Shown here: piece after piece, positions 1 through 9,615 of the stretch
Numbering within the stretch: the first letter of the stretch is position 1
Layout of the letters: every line of letters starts with the position of its first letter
Origin: Candidatus Binatia bacterium
Lineage (GTDB): Bacteria; Desulfobacterota; Binatia; UBA9968; JAJDTQ01
Assembly (NCBI GenBank): GCA_963666515.2
Contig: OY762897.2
Coordinates: forward strand, 2,368,001-2,432,000
DNA: 64,000 nucleotides
Direction: 5' to 3'
Program-made: the position numbers and the translations under genes
Notes under the pieces: generated by a model
Seen by the model: only the letters and a program-made list of their open reading frames with translations
What the model was told of the DNA's origin: nothing
The model's database searches: none

Positions 1-868
1 ACTTGAGCTTGTGGTTCCAGTGGGGCTTCCAGCGCTCCATCCATAGCTGATCGGGCGGCACCTCGCCGGTCTTCATGTGCCAGATGGTGGCGGGTTCGCG
101 GGCACGCGCGGTGATGGTGTCGGCGGTCTCGTGGGTGAGGTCGTCGAGTTCTCCGACCTGGAGAGAGCCGACGTAGTGGCCGGGCTTCAGGATGGCGCCG
201 TCGAACACCGGCTCGTAGGAATTGGTCGCGCAGGCGATGATGTCGGCGCCTTTTACCGCCTCTTCGGTGCCGGACACGGGGATCAGCTTGGCGGGGACCC
301 GCCCCTCCATGGCCCCGCAGAGCGCCAGCTTGTGTTCTTCGGTCGGGCAATAGACCCGAATCTCCCGGATCGGCCGCACCGCGCAATGGCCGATCACCTG
401 GGTCGGGGCCAGCCATCCCGCGCCGAGGAGCGCCATCACTTCGCTGTCGGCCCGGCTCAGATGCCTGGCGGCGATGCCGCTGGTGGCGCCGATCATGGTG
501 CGGTTGAGCACCGCGTCCTGAAACATCGCCAGCGGCGCGTGGTCTTCGATGCTGAACATGATGATCAGGCCGGAGAACTTGCCCACGGGATTGGGAATCT
601 GGTAACGCCGGGGAAAACCCTTCACCACCTTGCGCGACAGATGTTCCGAGGTCATCCGTATCAGGTGCACGCCGTAGCGCGGCACCGAGGCGTCCATGCA
701 GGAGTAGAGGTAGAACTCGCCGTCGCCGAGGCCGGTATAGTTGAGCGTGCGCGGACGGCTCGACAGCCGACCGGCACCAAGGTCGGCAAAGGTCGGCTCC
801 AGCACCTTGATGGCATCCTCGACGGTAACGAGCCGCTCCACCTCCTCGTTGGTCAGGAACAGCGCCAT
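1..868 (-). CDS. Ornithine cyclodeaminase/mu-crystallin family protein (3' end runs off window)
   Basis: Manual minus-strand translation from ATG at 868: MALFLTNEEVERLV...LNRTMIGATSGIAARHLSRADSEVMALLGAGWLARPQ...ADIIACATNS, typical OCD/mu-crystallin NAD-binding motifs. Absent from the ORF track because there is no stop inside the window. Confidence 0.85.
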   Translation of the reverse strand, partial: MALFLTNEEVERLVTVEDAIKVLEPTFADLGAGRLSSRPRTLNYTGLGDGEFYLYSCMDASVPRYGVHLIRMTSEHLSRKVVKGFPRRYQIPNPVGKFSGLIIMFSIEDHAPLAMFQDAVLNRTMIGATSGIAARHLSRADSEVMALLGAGWLAPTQVIGHCAVRPIREIRVYCPTEEHKLALCGAMEGRVPAKLIPVSGTEEAVKGADIIACATNSYEPVFDGAILKPGHYVGSLQVGELDDLTHETADTITARAREPATIWHMKTGEVPPDQLWMERWKPHWNHKLK

Positions 869-922
869 GATGTCCCTGCCTATCCAACCGTCCGAGGAAA
901 GACAAGGCGCAACAAAGCAAAC

Positions 923-997
923 ACGCTCCCGGCACTCTCGCTCGTTCCCGACATCGGGCCCGAGAGCCGCATTCTCGACATCGGGGCTGCGGAACCG
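923..997 (+). pseudogene. Decayed partial copy of the N-terminus of the methyltransferase at 2172
   Basis: TLPALSLVPDIGPESRILDIG versus TLRALSLVPGIGAETRILDVGCGTG (2241-2313). A 2-nt insertion falls in the GCGTG motif. Confidence 0.7.
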
Positions 998-1197
998 CGG
1001 CAGGTAAGACTTGAAGTATTGCTGTCCAGGATGCCCCATAACTACAAGCCTGAGGAATTCGATGGAGACGAGGGCTCGCTTTTCTTTCTCTCCCTCCCTG
1101 GATTACGTTGGATACATGCGACGGAGGGCATACCTTGCCGACCAAGGTTAGTAGTACCGGATCGTCCCTGTCGTCTATTGACAGGGCCGAGGTGGAC

Positions 1198-2175
1198 ATG
1201 TTCGAGCGACCCACGTTGCAGGACGTCATCGGGGCGAGCCGCCGCACCGCCCCACACGTGACGAGGACCCCGCTTCACCGTTACCTGTCCCTGGACCGCC
1301 TCCTGGACGCCGAGGTCTACGTCAAACACGAGAACCACCAGCGCTTGGGGGCCTTCAAGGTGCGGGGCGGCGTCAACCTGGTATCCCAGCTCTCCGACGA
1401 CGAGAAGCGTCGCGGCGTGACGGCGGCGTCCACGGGCAACCACGGACAGTCCATCGCCTACGCCGCCGGGGTCTTCGGAGTCGAAGCCGCCATAGTCGCG
1501 CCCGAAGGCGCCAACCCGGGCAAGGTCGAGTCGATGCGGAACCTCGGCGCCAACGTCGTCTTCCACGGCACGGTCTTCGACGATAGCCTCGCCCATGCCG
1601 CGCGGCTGGCGCGGGAGCAGGGGTACCGCTTCATCCACTCCGCCAACGAGCCCCACCTGATCGCCGGCGTCGGCACGGTCGCCCTGGAGATCCTCGAAGA
1701 CCTGCCGGACGTGCAGGTCATCGTGATCCCCATCGGCGGCGGCAGCGGCGCTTGCGGCGCCTGCATCGTCGCCAAGACGGTCAACCCGGACATCCAGGTG
1801 TTCGGCGTTCAGTCCGCGCAGGCCCAGGCCGCTTGGCTGTCGTGGAAGGAAGGCCGGATCGTCGACTCGCCCATGCGGACCATTGCCGAGGGCCTCGCAA
1901 CCGGATCCGGCTACGAGCTGACCAACGGCATCCTGAGGGATCTGCTCGACGACTTCGTCCTCGTAACTGACACGGAGCTGGAACGGGCGGTAGTGCTGTA
2001 CCTCGAAAAAACCCACAACCTGACGGAGCACGCGGGCGCCGCCGCTCTGGCCGGAGCGCTGAAGGTCGGGGAGCGGCTGCGCGGGAAGAGGATCGCCCTC
2101 GTGATGAGCGGAGGAAACATCTCGATCCCGCAGTTGCGGGCAGCCCTGGACAACGCGCCCCGGGAGTCGAGTTGA
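1198..2175 (+). CDS. PLP-dependent threonine/serine dehydratase family protein (no ACT domain)
   Basis: KHENHQRLGAFKVRGG, ASTGNHGQS, PIGGGSG and MSGGN motifs. ATG at 1198 follows GAGGTGG. Confidence 0.9.
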   Translation: MFERPTLQDVIGASRRTAPHVTRTPLHRYLSLDRLLDAEVYVKHENHQRLGAFKVRGGVNLVSQLSDDEKRRGVTAASTGNHGQSIAYAAGVFGVEAAIVAPEGANPGKVESMRNLGANVVFHGTVFDDSLAHAARLAREQGYRFIHSANEPHLIAGVGTVALEILEDLPDVQVIVIPIGGGSGACGACIVAKTVNPDIQVFGVQSAQAQAAWLSWKEGRIVDSPMRTIAEGLATGSGYELTNGILRDLLDDFVLVTDTELERAVVLYLEKTHNLTEHAGAAALAGALKVGERLRGKRIALVMSGGNISIPQLRAALDNAPRESS

Positions 2176-2915
2176 CGACAGCACTCTTCTTCGAATTGTT
2201 CAGTGGGCTGCCGCGCCAGGGACCCGGTGACGCCTCCAGCACGCTCCGAGCCCTCTCTCTCGTTCCTGGCATCGGGGCAGAGACCCGTATTCTCGACGTC
2301 GGCTGCGGCACCGGCATGCAAACGCGGGTCCTGGCGCAGAACTCCCCTGCCCGCATCGTCGCCATAGACAACCATCCGCCGTTCATCGACGTCGTGAACG
2401 AGGAAGCACGCCGCCTCGGCCTCGCGGACCGTTTGCAGGCCCGTGTCGGCGACATGCGCCAGCTCGATTTCGCGGACGCCTCGTTCGACCTGATCTGGTG
2501 CGAGGGCGCCATCTACATCGCCGGCGTCGAGGCCGCGTTGCGCCACTGGCGCCGCCTGCTTGCGCCCGGCGGGCACGTGGCCTTCTCCGAGGTCTGCTGG
2601 ACGAAACCCGACCCGCCGGAGGAATGCGCGTCGTTCTGGAAACGGGAGTACCCGGCGATGCGCGAAGAAGAGGGACTCCTGAGCGCAATCGACGCGTGCG
2701 GTTACGAGACCGTCGGGCACTTCATGCTGCCCAAGTCCGCGTGGTGGGACGACTACTACGGACCGCTTGAACGGAACGCAACGGCGTTCCGAGCGCGTCA
2801 CCGCGGGCGTCTCAATGCGCAGGAGCTGGCCGATGAAACTCAGCGCGAGATCGACGTCTGGAAGAGCTACTCGGACTACTACGGCTACGCGTTCTTCGTC
2901 GCGCGCGTCCGGTAA
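2172..2915 (+). CDS. Class I SAM-dependent methyltransferase
   Basis: ILDVGCGTG and FDLIWCEGAIY motifs. 4-nt overlap with the upstream stop. Confidence 0.9.
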   Translation: MTTALFFELFSGLPRQGPGDASSTLRALSLVPGIGAETRILDVGCGTGMQTRVLAQNSPARIVAIDNHPPFIDVVNEEARRLGLADRLQARVGDMRQLDFADASFDLIWCEGAIYIAGVEAALRHWRRLLAPGGHVAFSEVCWTKPDPPEECASFWKREYPAMREEEGLLSAIDACGYETVGHFMLPKSAWWDDYYGPLERNATAFRARHRGRLNAQELADETQREIDVWKSYSDYYGYAFFVARVR

Positions 2916-2943
2916 TGCACACGGACGTGTCGGAGACCGGCGA

Positions 2944-4500
2944 TCACACCCGCTCTACCTCCATCCCCACCACGTTGCGGGTCTCCCGGCTGAACTCCAC
3001 GCCGACCAGCCAGATGGGCCGGCCCAGGCCGCGGTGCTTGTCCGCGTAGCCCCGCTCCTTCAACTGCGCCATGGCCGAGCCCTTCTGCCCTTTGTCCGTG
3101 TTCTCCACGACCTTGAACTCGAACAGGTAGACGTTGTCATTGAAGCGCACGCTCATGTCCAGCCGGCCGCTGCTGCTGCTGTCTTCGACGGTGGTGTCCA
3201 GACCGAGGGCGCAGAACCAGGAATAGAAGACACTGGCATAGTAGCCTTCGTAGTCGGCGATGCGATTGTTTACGTGCCACTGGTACGGGATGCTGCTGAA
3301 AAACGCCTGAAACAGCGTTTCGAGACCGGCGAAGTCGTTGGCGGAGAGCAGCTCGTACAACCGGACGTCGTGCTCCCCCTGCCGGGATGGATCGGGTCCG
3401 GTGGCGCGCAGCAGATGCTCGTTGAGGCTCTGTTTGACTTCCTGGTTGGGATAGCCCAGGCGATACAGGGACTTGCCTCCCAGTTTCCTTTCCTCCGCGA
3501 TCGTCAGGTAGCCGGTCTGGAACAACAGCGCCTCGGTGGCGATGTCGTCCACATCGAACCGCGACAGGAGGTCGTCGGTCCCCATCATTTCCTCGAGAGC
3601 CAGGGAGCTGACGCGCCGCCCGAGAAGCGTCTCCACCAGAAACGACGGGGAGCCGGTCTCGAACCAGTGGGCCTTGAACTTGCGGGTGTCGAAGAGCAGC
3701 AGGATATCGAACGGGTTGTACACCCTCTGCTCCCCCAACCAACTGTAGCCGTTGTACCAGCGGCGTATCTCGTCACGGTCCAGGCCGGGGAGTTCCGGCG
3801 CGAACACCCGATCCAGGTCGGCGTCCGAATAGCCGCAGACCGCGGCGTAGCGCGGGTCCAGGGTCATGTCCTGGAGGTTGTTGAGTCCCGAAAACAGGCT
3901 CACCTTGGAAAACTTGCTCACGCCGGTGAGGAAGACGAAGCGGATGTGGGCGTCGCAGTCCTTGATGACTGCATAGATGCCGCGCAGGAAGTCCCGGTTC
4001 GATCGCGCCGACTCCGGCGCGTCCAGCGCGTCGAGTATCGGCTTGTCGTACTCGTCGACCAGCACTGCCACGGGCTGTTTCGCGCGGCGGTGCAGGTCTT
4101 CCAGCAGCGACGCGAAACGTCCCGCCGCGGTCGTATATTCGGTGACGGCCCCCGATCGCCGTTCGGCGGCGGCGAGTTGCTCCATCACGTGCTGACGCAG
4201 GTAATCGGGCTCCTTGAAGTTGCCGCTGCCGAAGCTCAGGCGCAGCACCGGATGGCGGACTGACCAGTCCCACGAATCATGGATATCAAGCCCCTCGAAC
4301 AGGGCCTCGTTGCCCTCGAACAACTCCTTCAGCGTGTCCAGGAACAGGCTCTTGCCGAAGCGTCGCGGGCGCGACAGGAAGAAATGCGAGCCTTGGTCGA
4401 CCAGCGCTCGAATCCAGGGCGTCTTGTCCACGTAGTAGTGGTCCTGCTCCCGGATCTTGCGGAAAGTCTGAATACCGATGGGAAGCCGTCGTCTGGTCAT
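2944..4500 (-). CDS. AAA-ATPase-like protein with C-terminal PD-(D/E)XK nuclease (PDDEXK_9-type)
   Basis: LPIGIQTF, YYVDKT, SRPRRFGKS (Walker A), LVDEYDKP (Walker B), GRLDM...LFEFK. Start placed at MTRRRLPIG (4500). Confidence 0.9.
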   Translation of the reverse strand: MTRRRLPIGIQTFRKIREQDHYYVDKTPWIRALVDQGSHFFLSRPRRFGKSLFLDTLKELFEGNEALFEGLDIHDSWDWSVRHPVLRLSFGSGNFKEPDYLRQHVMEQLAAAERRSGAVTEYTTAAGRFASLLEDLHRRAKQPVAVLVDEYDKPILDALDAPESARSNRDFLRGIYAVIKDCDAHIRFVFLTGVSKFSKVSLFSGLNNLQDMTLDPRYAAVCGYSDADLDRVFAPELPGLDRDEIRRWYNGYSWLGEQRVYNPFDILLLFDTRKFKAHWFETGSPSFLVETLLGRRVSSLALEEMMGTDDLLSRFDVDDIATEALLFQTGYLTIAEERKLGGKSLYRLGYPNQEVKQSLNEHLLRATGPDPSRQGEHDVRLYELLSANDFAGLETLFQAFFSSIPYQWHVNNRIADYEGYYASVFYSWFCALGLDTTVEDSSSSGRLDMSVRFNDNVYLFEFKVVENTDKGQKGSAMAQLKERGYADKHRGLGRPIWLVGVEFSRETRNVVGMEVERV

Positions 4501-4552
4501 GGAAGTTCGGAACTGCCAGCCTCTGTGTAGCCGGCGAGTTTGTCCACCAAGT

Positions 4553-5314
4553 CTACCTGGACCACCATCCTGTTCGTCTCTTGAGTTCGGTCTCAAGTTC
4601 ATGCAGCGCTTGTGCCTTACGTTCCCGCGACTCGCCGTCCCATTCCGTTTCAGCGAATTCATGCAAATGGTCGACCAGAAACTCCGTAATGCGGTTCTTG
4701 TTGCAATCCCGGTTTGCAGCGCAGTAATCCGAAAGTGATTTCGTCAACTCCTTGGCTGTCTTGCCTGACGCATCGCCCACACATTGTTCTATCGCGAACT
4801 CTACGAAGTCCGGAGCGTACCCCCATTCCTCCACGTAGTAGGACACGATGCCTTCTTTTTCTTCTCCACTCACCTCTCCGTCGTCGGACCTTGCGATCCA
4901 GATACTGAGGGGCAACATGAGACCCATCAGCTTGTCGGCCAGCAGGTGCAACGGCGTGTTGACGTACTTGGGGAATTGGACTAGGATATCATCCCTCACC
5001 TTGTCGAGCTTTCGCCTTATGCCGTAATACGCGCCCCCGGCGAGAACACCGGCCGCAAGTACCCACCCGATTGGCGTCGTAGCGGCAGCACCCAAGCCGA
5101 TCCAAGCGAGCAGGCCGCTGGAGGGAAAGAACGTGGTAGCAACCACGGAACTCGAGGCGATCATCGTTCCACCGGAAGCAGCGCCTGCAGTCCCCAATAT
5201 GTGTTCCAGGTTGCGCGCCGATTTCAAGAATCTGTAGCAATCCTCCCCGACACCGAGCCGTTGCTTGAATATCAACTCGTTCGCAAGAATTGCCTCAGGC
5301 TCATCCCTCATCAT
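4553..5314 (-). CDS. Membrane protein with Gly/Ala-rich hydrophobic hairpin and TerB-like C-terminal domain
   Basis: Hydrophobic GLGAAATTPIGWVLAAGVLAGGAYYG segment, then IARSDDGEVSGEEKEGI resembling the TerB A-x-DG-x4-E motif. Confidence 0.6.
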   Translation of the reverse strand: MMRDEPEAILANELIFKQRLGVGEDCYRFLKSARNLEHILGTAGAASGGTMIASSSVVATTFFPSSGLLAWIGLGAAATTPIGWVLAAGVLAGGAYYGIRRKLDKVRDDILVQFPKYVNTPLHLLADKLMGLMLPLSIWIARSDDGEVSGEEKEGIVSYYVEEWGYAPDFVEFAIEQCVGDASGKTAKELTKSLSDYCAANRDCNKNRITEFLVDHLHEFAETEWDGESRERKAQALHELETELKRRTGWWSR

Positions 5315-5342
5315 GTGACGCTCCCCCGTATTGATTACCCCT

Positions 5343-5900
5343 TCACACCTCTGCGTTCACGATTGCAAAGGGCTGAAGCGCTTCCCGGGCGGCGTGCCCG
5401 ACTGGCTCGTTCATCAGGATTTTCATTACGTCGGACTCTTGACTACCCTCCGCCTTGTCGGCCTGTTCAACCCCCCCGGCGGCTTTGTTCGCGCGATCTG
5501 TCAGCCAATCCTTTACAAAAGCGTAAAGCAACTGGATCGCCGCGAAAAGCGGGACAAGTATCGGCGCCAACCAAGGAGCAACCGTGGAAAGAAGCTCGCC
5601 AACCAGCCACATGACGACGGCAAAAGTGGTATTCGGGTATCGCTTGCGGAGATCGAGCACAATCTCAAGAACTCGCCTGCCAATGTACAGCACGGCGTTT
5701 CCGATCCTAACCGTGGCGTTCATGAGCGAATCGAGCAGTGCCTTGACATCGGCAGGAACCGACAGCTTGCCGATCTTCCGTTCCAGGTCTTTTCTGGAAA
5801 CCCTGGGTCTGGCTTCACGAACAAGCCGGTCCAATTCCTCGAGGGATATTTCGACGGCGATATCTTCGCCGGTTGCCGGATTGACAGCTTTAGCCTGCAT
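5343..5900 (-). CDS. Hypothetical membrane protein
   Basis: GGAG RBS before ATG 5900 (MQAKAVNP). Helical N-terminus and two hydrophobic segments. Co-oriented 28 nt upstream of the TerB-like gene. Confidence 0.6.
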   Translation of the reverse strand: MQAKAVNPATGEDIAVEISLEELDRLVREARPRVSRKDLERKIGKLSVPADVKALLDSLMNATVRIGNAVLYIGRRVLEIVLDLRKRYPNTTFAVVMWLVGELLSTVAPWLAPILVPLFAAIQLLYAFVKDWLTDRANKAAGGVEQADKAEGSQESDVMKILMNEPVGHAAREALQPFAIVNAEV

Positions 5901-6320
5901 TGACAACTCCAGGACCATGAGGTGCTTGGTGGTACACCAAGAGCCATGTCTCGCACACCGGCGACGAAGGGTCAACCCGGGTCAACCAGCGGCCGGGCAG
6001 TGGCGGCGGCAGAATGGGACCGACGAGACCCCGGAATGGCGCCCTTCGACTTCCGGCCGCTGGGTGTCGTGAAGTCTGTCCTGGGCTGGCGAAGGGCTCG
6101 GGACGAATGGGTGGATTGGCGACTGGCTCAGCAACGCTTGGTATCCGTGGCTGTGACGTGGTACCCTCGCTTCCGCATGACCGGCAAGGCGTGCCCGGTC
6201 AAGTTGGAGCTGAAGAGCAGCACTGACGCCAACGGATACCACATATGGGTCGGCGTGGGCGGCGCATCGGCGGGGATTTCAACAACCATACGCACAACGT
6301 CCTTGCGTTGGAGGTGAAGC

Positions 6321-7559
6321 ATGGGTGAAGGCTGGCGGAATTTCATCAGGTACATCTGCTCAACAGACGCCATCCTTGCAGGCGTCCTTCTGGCCCTGAC
6401 AATGCTTTCCTTCCACGGCGCGTTGGACGACCTCGCCCATAAACGCCTTAGTGATACCACAAAGGAGTCCGTCGGCATATATGCTTTGGCCAGAGCTACT
6501 AACGCCAGCATTTCGGTGTTGCAGAGTTCCGAGGTCGGCATGGCGCTTGTCGGTAAGGTATCCGTGAAGCTGGGCGAGGTGCTCGACCCGATAAACGATG
6601 CGATCGAAAGACTTTCGTCCATAATGCTGTGGGCCATTGGCTCGCTGTTGCTCCAGCGTCTGGTGCTTGAAGTGACTTCGACGGCTGTTTTTCGGTGGGG
6701 GTTCTTCTGTATCGGCCTTGTGGCGTTTCTGGCGCTGTTCCTTCCGGCATGGAAACCCTGCCGGGAATTAGTTCGCGTCAGGTTCCAGATTTCCGCTGTG
6801 AGCTTGGCCCGCTGTCGCGACCTGCTCGTCCGGATTTTCGTCGTCGGTGCCGTCGTTCGTTTTATTGTCCCAAGCTTTGTCCTCGTCAGCATTATGGCCG
6901 CCGAGATGTTCCTCGGAACCACCATCCAGGAACATCGAGATCGCTTGTCGGTCTTGAGCGCCGATGCCGGAGCAGGTTCGCCGGTGGCCGGCAATCGGAG
7001 CTTGGCAAGTCAGAAGGAAGATATGTCGATCAAGTTGAACACCCTGCAAGCCGCCATGGAGGAGCACCAACGGGAAAAGCAGCGCCTGGACGACGAAATT
7101 CGAAAGATTCAGGAAGAGGTGGGCTGGCGCGGCTGGGCTTTCGTACCTGAATTCCTTGGCGGTGTATCGCCGGGAGAGGAACTGCTGAATAAGCGCGAGC
7201 AAGTCAGCGGCGCCGTCGAGGATATCCAGACGCAGGTCGATCAGAACAGGGACGATCTTCAATGTATCGAGCGCCAGATGGCAGGCGAGACGTGCGGTTC
7301 GTTGTTCGACAAGTTGTCCGGGGCCGGCAAAGCCGGTTACGGCAGGATCGCATCCATTGTAGAAAAAGCGAGCAACTGGGCGACGAGCATCGTCCGGCTC
7401 TCGATTGCAATCGTGATCAAGAACGTCCTGTTCCCGATCATTTTTCTGGTGATCGCCATGAAATGCAGCCTTCCCTTCATCCGGTACGCAATGAGGAAAT
7501 GTTCCACATGGCCGCGGGATCTGAATGAATTGCCGAATTCCCTGAGACAGTTGGATTGA
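6321..7559 (+). CDS. Hypothetical multi-pass membrane protein with coiled-coil insert
   Basis: GGAGGT RBS, several TM segments, ARATNASISVLQS...GEVLDPINDAIERLSSIML block, heptad-rich central region. Confidence 0.7.
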   Translation: MGEGWRNFIRYICSTDAILAGVLLALTMLSFHGALDDLAHKRLSDTTKESVGIYALARATNASISVLQSSEVGMALVGKVSVKLGEVLDPINDAIERLSSIMLWAIGSLLLQRLVLEVTSTAVFRWGFFCIGLVAFLALFLPAWKPCRELVRVRFQISAVSLARCRDLLVRIFVVGAVVRFIVPSFVLVSIMAAEMFLGTTIQEHRDRLSVLSADAGAGSPVAGNRSLASQKEDMSIKLNTLQAAMEEHQREKQRLDDEIRKIQEEVGWRGWAFVPEFLGGVSPGEELLNKREQVSGAVEDIQTQVDQNRDDLQCIERQMAGETCGSLFDKLSGAGKAGYGRIASIVEKASNWATSIVRLSIAIVIKNVLFPIIFLVIAMKCSLPFIRYAMRKCSTWPRDLNELPNSLRQLD

Positions 7560-7741
7560 GGCGCGGTCACGACCGCCACAGCCGGACAAGGGGCCGGGCA
7601 GTCGTCAGAAAGCTGGGGAGACCGGAAAGTCACCCGTGCGTACCAAGGTTCAGAAATGGAGCAACGGCAAGGGAATTCGGTTCACGAAGGCCCTACCGGA
7701 CACGGCAGGGCGGACGCCGCCCGCCGATAAAACCTGTCCGT

Positions 7742-8359
7742 CTAATCCGGGGCGTCGAACACCGCGGCTACGTCAGCGACGAATCCTTCGAGCAGCGGCG
7801 AGGTAGCGTTGTCACCGCGGCGGAACACGCCGTGCTCGACGTAGGCGGCGCCTTCGAGAGTGAGGACCGTGATGGTATCGTCACGGGGGTCTACTATCCA
7901 GTACTCCGGGATGCCGCCCTCGGCGTAGTCGGCGCGCTTCTCCACCAAGTCCCGTTCCGGGTCGTCGGGGCTCACGACCTCGGCTACCAGGTCCGCGCCT
8001 AGCCAGTAGCGGTCCTGATAGCGTGGATCCGAACGACGGCGCAGGAGCAGTATATCCGGCTCGCGGAACTTGCCTTCGCGGATGCGCATGCGTAGCGCCG
8101 AAACCATGGCGACGCCGCCGAGCGGCCTGAGGTAGTCGCGGAACAGTTCATAGAGGAACAAGAGGATGGCTTGGTGCGTGGACGTGGGCATGGGCAGTTC
8201 CTCGATGTAGCCATCGGTGAATTCAATCAACCGGCGGCTGTAGTCCGTGAGCCACAGATAGCCCTCGTCATTCCAGGCTCCCTGGCGCGGCAGGGTCTCT
8301 CGCAACAGGGCATTCAGCGCTTCCTGCGAGGAGTCCGCGGGTCCTGTCATCCTGGTCAT
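7742..8359 (-). CDS. Uma2 family endonuclease
   Basis: IEFTDG, PTSTHQ, REPDI, DLVAEVVSP, KRADYAEGGIPEYWIVDP. Confidence 0.92.
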   Translation of the reverse strand: MTRMTGPADSSQEALNALLRETLPRQGAWNDEGYLWLTDYSRRLIEFTDGYIEELPMPTSTHQAILLFLYELFRDYLRPLGGVAMVSALRMRIREGKFREPDILLLRRRSDPRYQDRYWLGADLVAEVVSPDDPERDLVEKRADYAEGGIPEYWIVDPRDDTITVLTLEGAAYVEHGVFRRGDNATSPLLEGFVADVAAVFDAPD

Positions 8360-8400
8360 GCCTTCATCCCTTCGTGTTGCAGGCGTCTACAGAGGCTACC

Positions 8401-9615
8401 CTACACCAGCACCCCCTCCTCTTTCCACTTCGCGATGGCGGCGGCGTCGTAGCCGAGCACGTCTCGCATGACCTGCTCGGTGTGCTCGCCGAGGTTCGGG
8501 GTGAGGGGGATCTCATCCTCGGGCTGGTCCTTGAAGATGATCCCGCCGCGGGGCAGCTCGAAGGGGCCGATGGGGGAGTCGTCGTACTTCTGGAAGTAGT
8601 CCCGGTGGCGGAGCTGGGGGTCCTTGCAGAGGTCGGTGCCGTTCTGGACCACCCCGGCGGGGACGCCGGCGGCCTGGAGGCGGTGGGCCACGTCCTCGAC
8701 GGTCTGGGTGGCGAGCCAGTCGGACATGATGGCGTCCAGCTCGCCGGCATGGCGGCGGCGCTCGACGCAGGTGGCGAAGCGGCTGTCTTCCGCCAGCGCC
8801 TCGTTGCCCATGACGCCGCACAGGCGGCGCCACTCGTCATCGTTGTTCACCGACACCACGCACCAGCGCTCGTCGCCCTGGCAGCGGTAGCAGCCGTGGG
8901 GGGCGGCGGTGAGGCTCCGGTTCCCCTGGGGTTCGGGGTCCACGCCGTTGATGCTGGATTCCAGGTAGCTGGGACCCAGGGTATAGGCGGTGACCTCTCC
9001 CTGGGACACGTCGATGATGGAGCCCTTGCCGGTGAGCTTCTGGCGCAGCAGCGCGGCCATCATGATGGTGGGGGCGGAGATGAAGCCGAGGTGGTCCGGA
9101 TAGACGCCCTGGCTGCCGATGGGGCGGTCCTGTCCCGGATGGTTCCAGAGGTAGGTCATGCCGCTGAAGGAATTGAGGTTGAAGCCCCAGGTGCCGTACC
9201 AGTTCTTGGGTCCGGTCTCGCCGAGCCCGGGCAGCTTGAGGATGATGATGGAGGGATTGACCTTCCTCAGCTCGTCGTCGCCGAGCCCCAAGCGGCCCAG
9301 CACCTGTGGCCGGAAGTTCACCAGCACCGCGTTGGACCTGGCCGCCAGCTCCTTGATGATGCGCTTGCCGTCGTCGTGCTTGATGTTGACGGTCATGGAC
9401 CGGATGGCCAGGTTGCACTCGATGAAGCGCGGCGCGGCGTTGATGTCGCCCTCCGCGCCATAGTGCCGGAAGGTGTCGAGCCCGCCGGGGTACGACTCTA
9501 CCTTGATGACCTCGGCGCCGTACTGCGCCAGCAACCGGCCGGCATAGGGGCCGGCGTATCCGGTGGTGAACGCGATGATGCGGACGCCTTCGAGAATCCT
9601 GCTGGGACTGGGCAT
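8401..9615 (-). CDS. CoA-transferase family III (CaiB/BaiF)
   Basis: LEGVRII, AGPYAGRLLAQYGAEVIKVE, NFRP, LGEHT motifs. Confidence 0.92.
   Translation of the reverse strand: MPSPSRILEGVRIIAFTTGYAGPYAGRLLAQYGAEVIKVESYPGGLDTFRHYGAEGDINAAPRFIECNLAIRSMTVNIKHDDGKRIIKELAARSNAVLVNFRPQVLGRLGLGDDELRKVNPSIIILKLPGLGETGPKNWYGTWGFNLNSFSGMTYLWNHPGQDRPIGSQGVYPDHLGFISAPTIMMAALLRQKLTGKGSIIDVSQGEVTAYTLGPSYLESSINGVDPEPQGNRSLTAAPHGCYRCQGDERWCVVSVNNDDEWRRLCGVMGNEALAEDSRFATCVERRRHAGELDAIMSDWLATQTVEDVAHRLQAAGVPAGVVQNGTDLCKDPQLRHRDYFQKYDDSPIGPFELPRGGIIFKDQPEDEIPLTPNLGEHTEQVMRDVLGYDAAAIAKWKEEGVLV

Noticed and set aside
4501-4662. N-terminal extension of the AAA-nuclease given in the ORF track
   Set aside because: Overlaps the upstream gene; the family N-terminus begins at MTRRRLPIG (4500).
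5922-6317. 131-aa ORF possibly an IS or gene remnant
   Set aside because: No recognisable transposase motif or terminal repeats; coding status unsupported.
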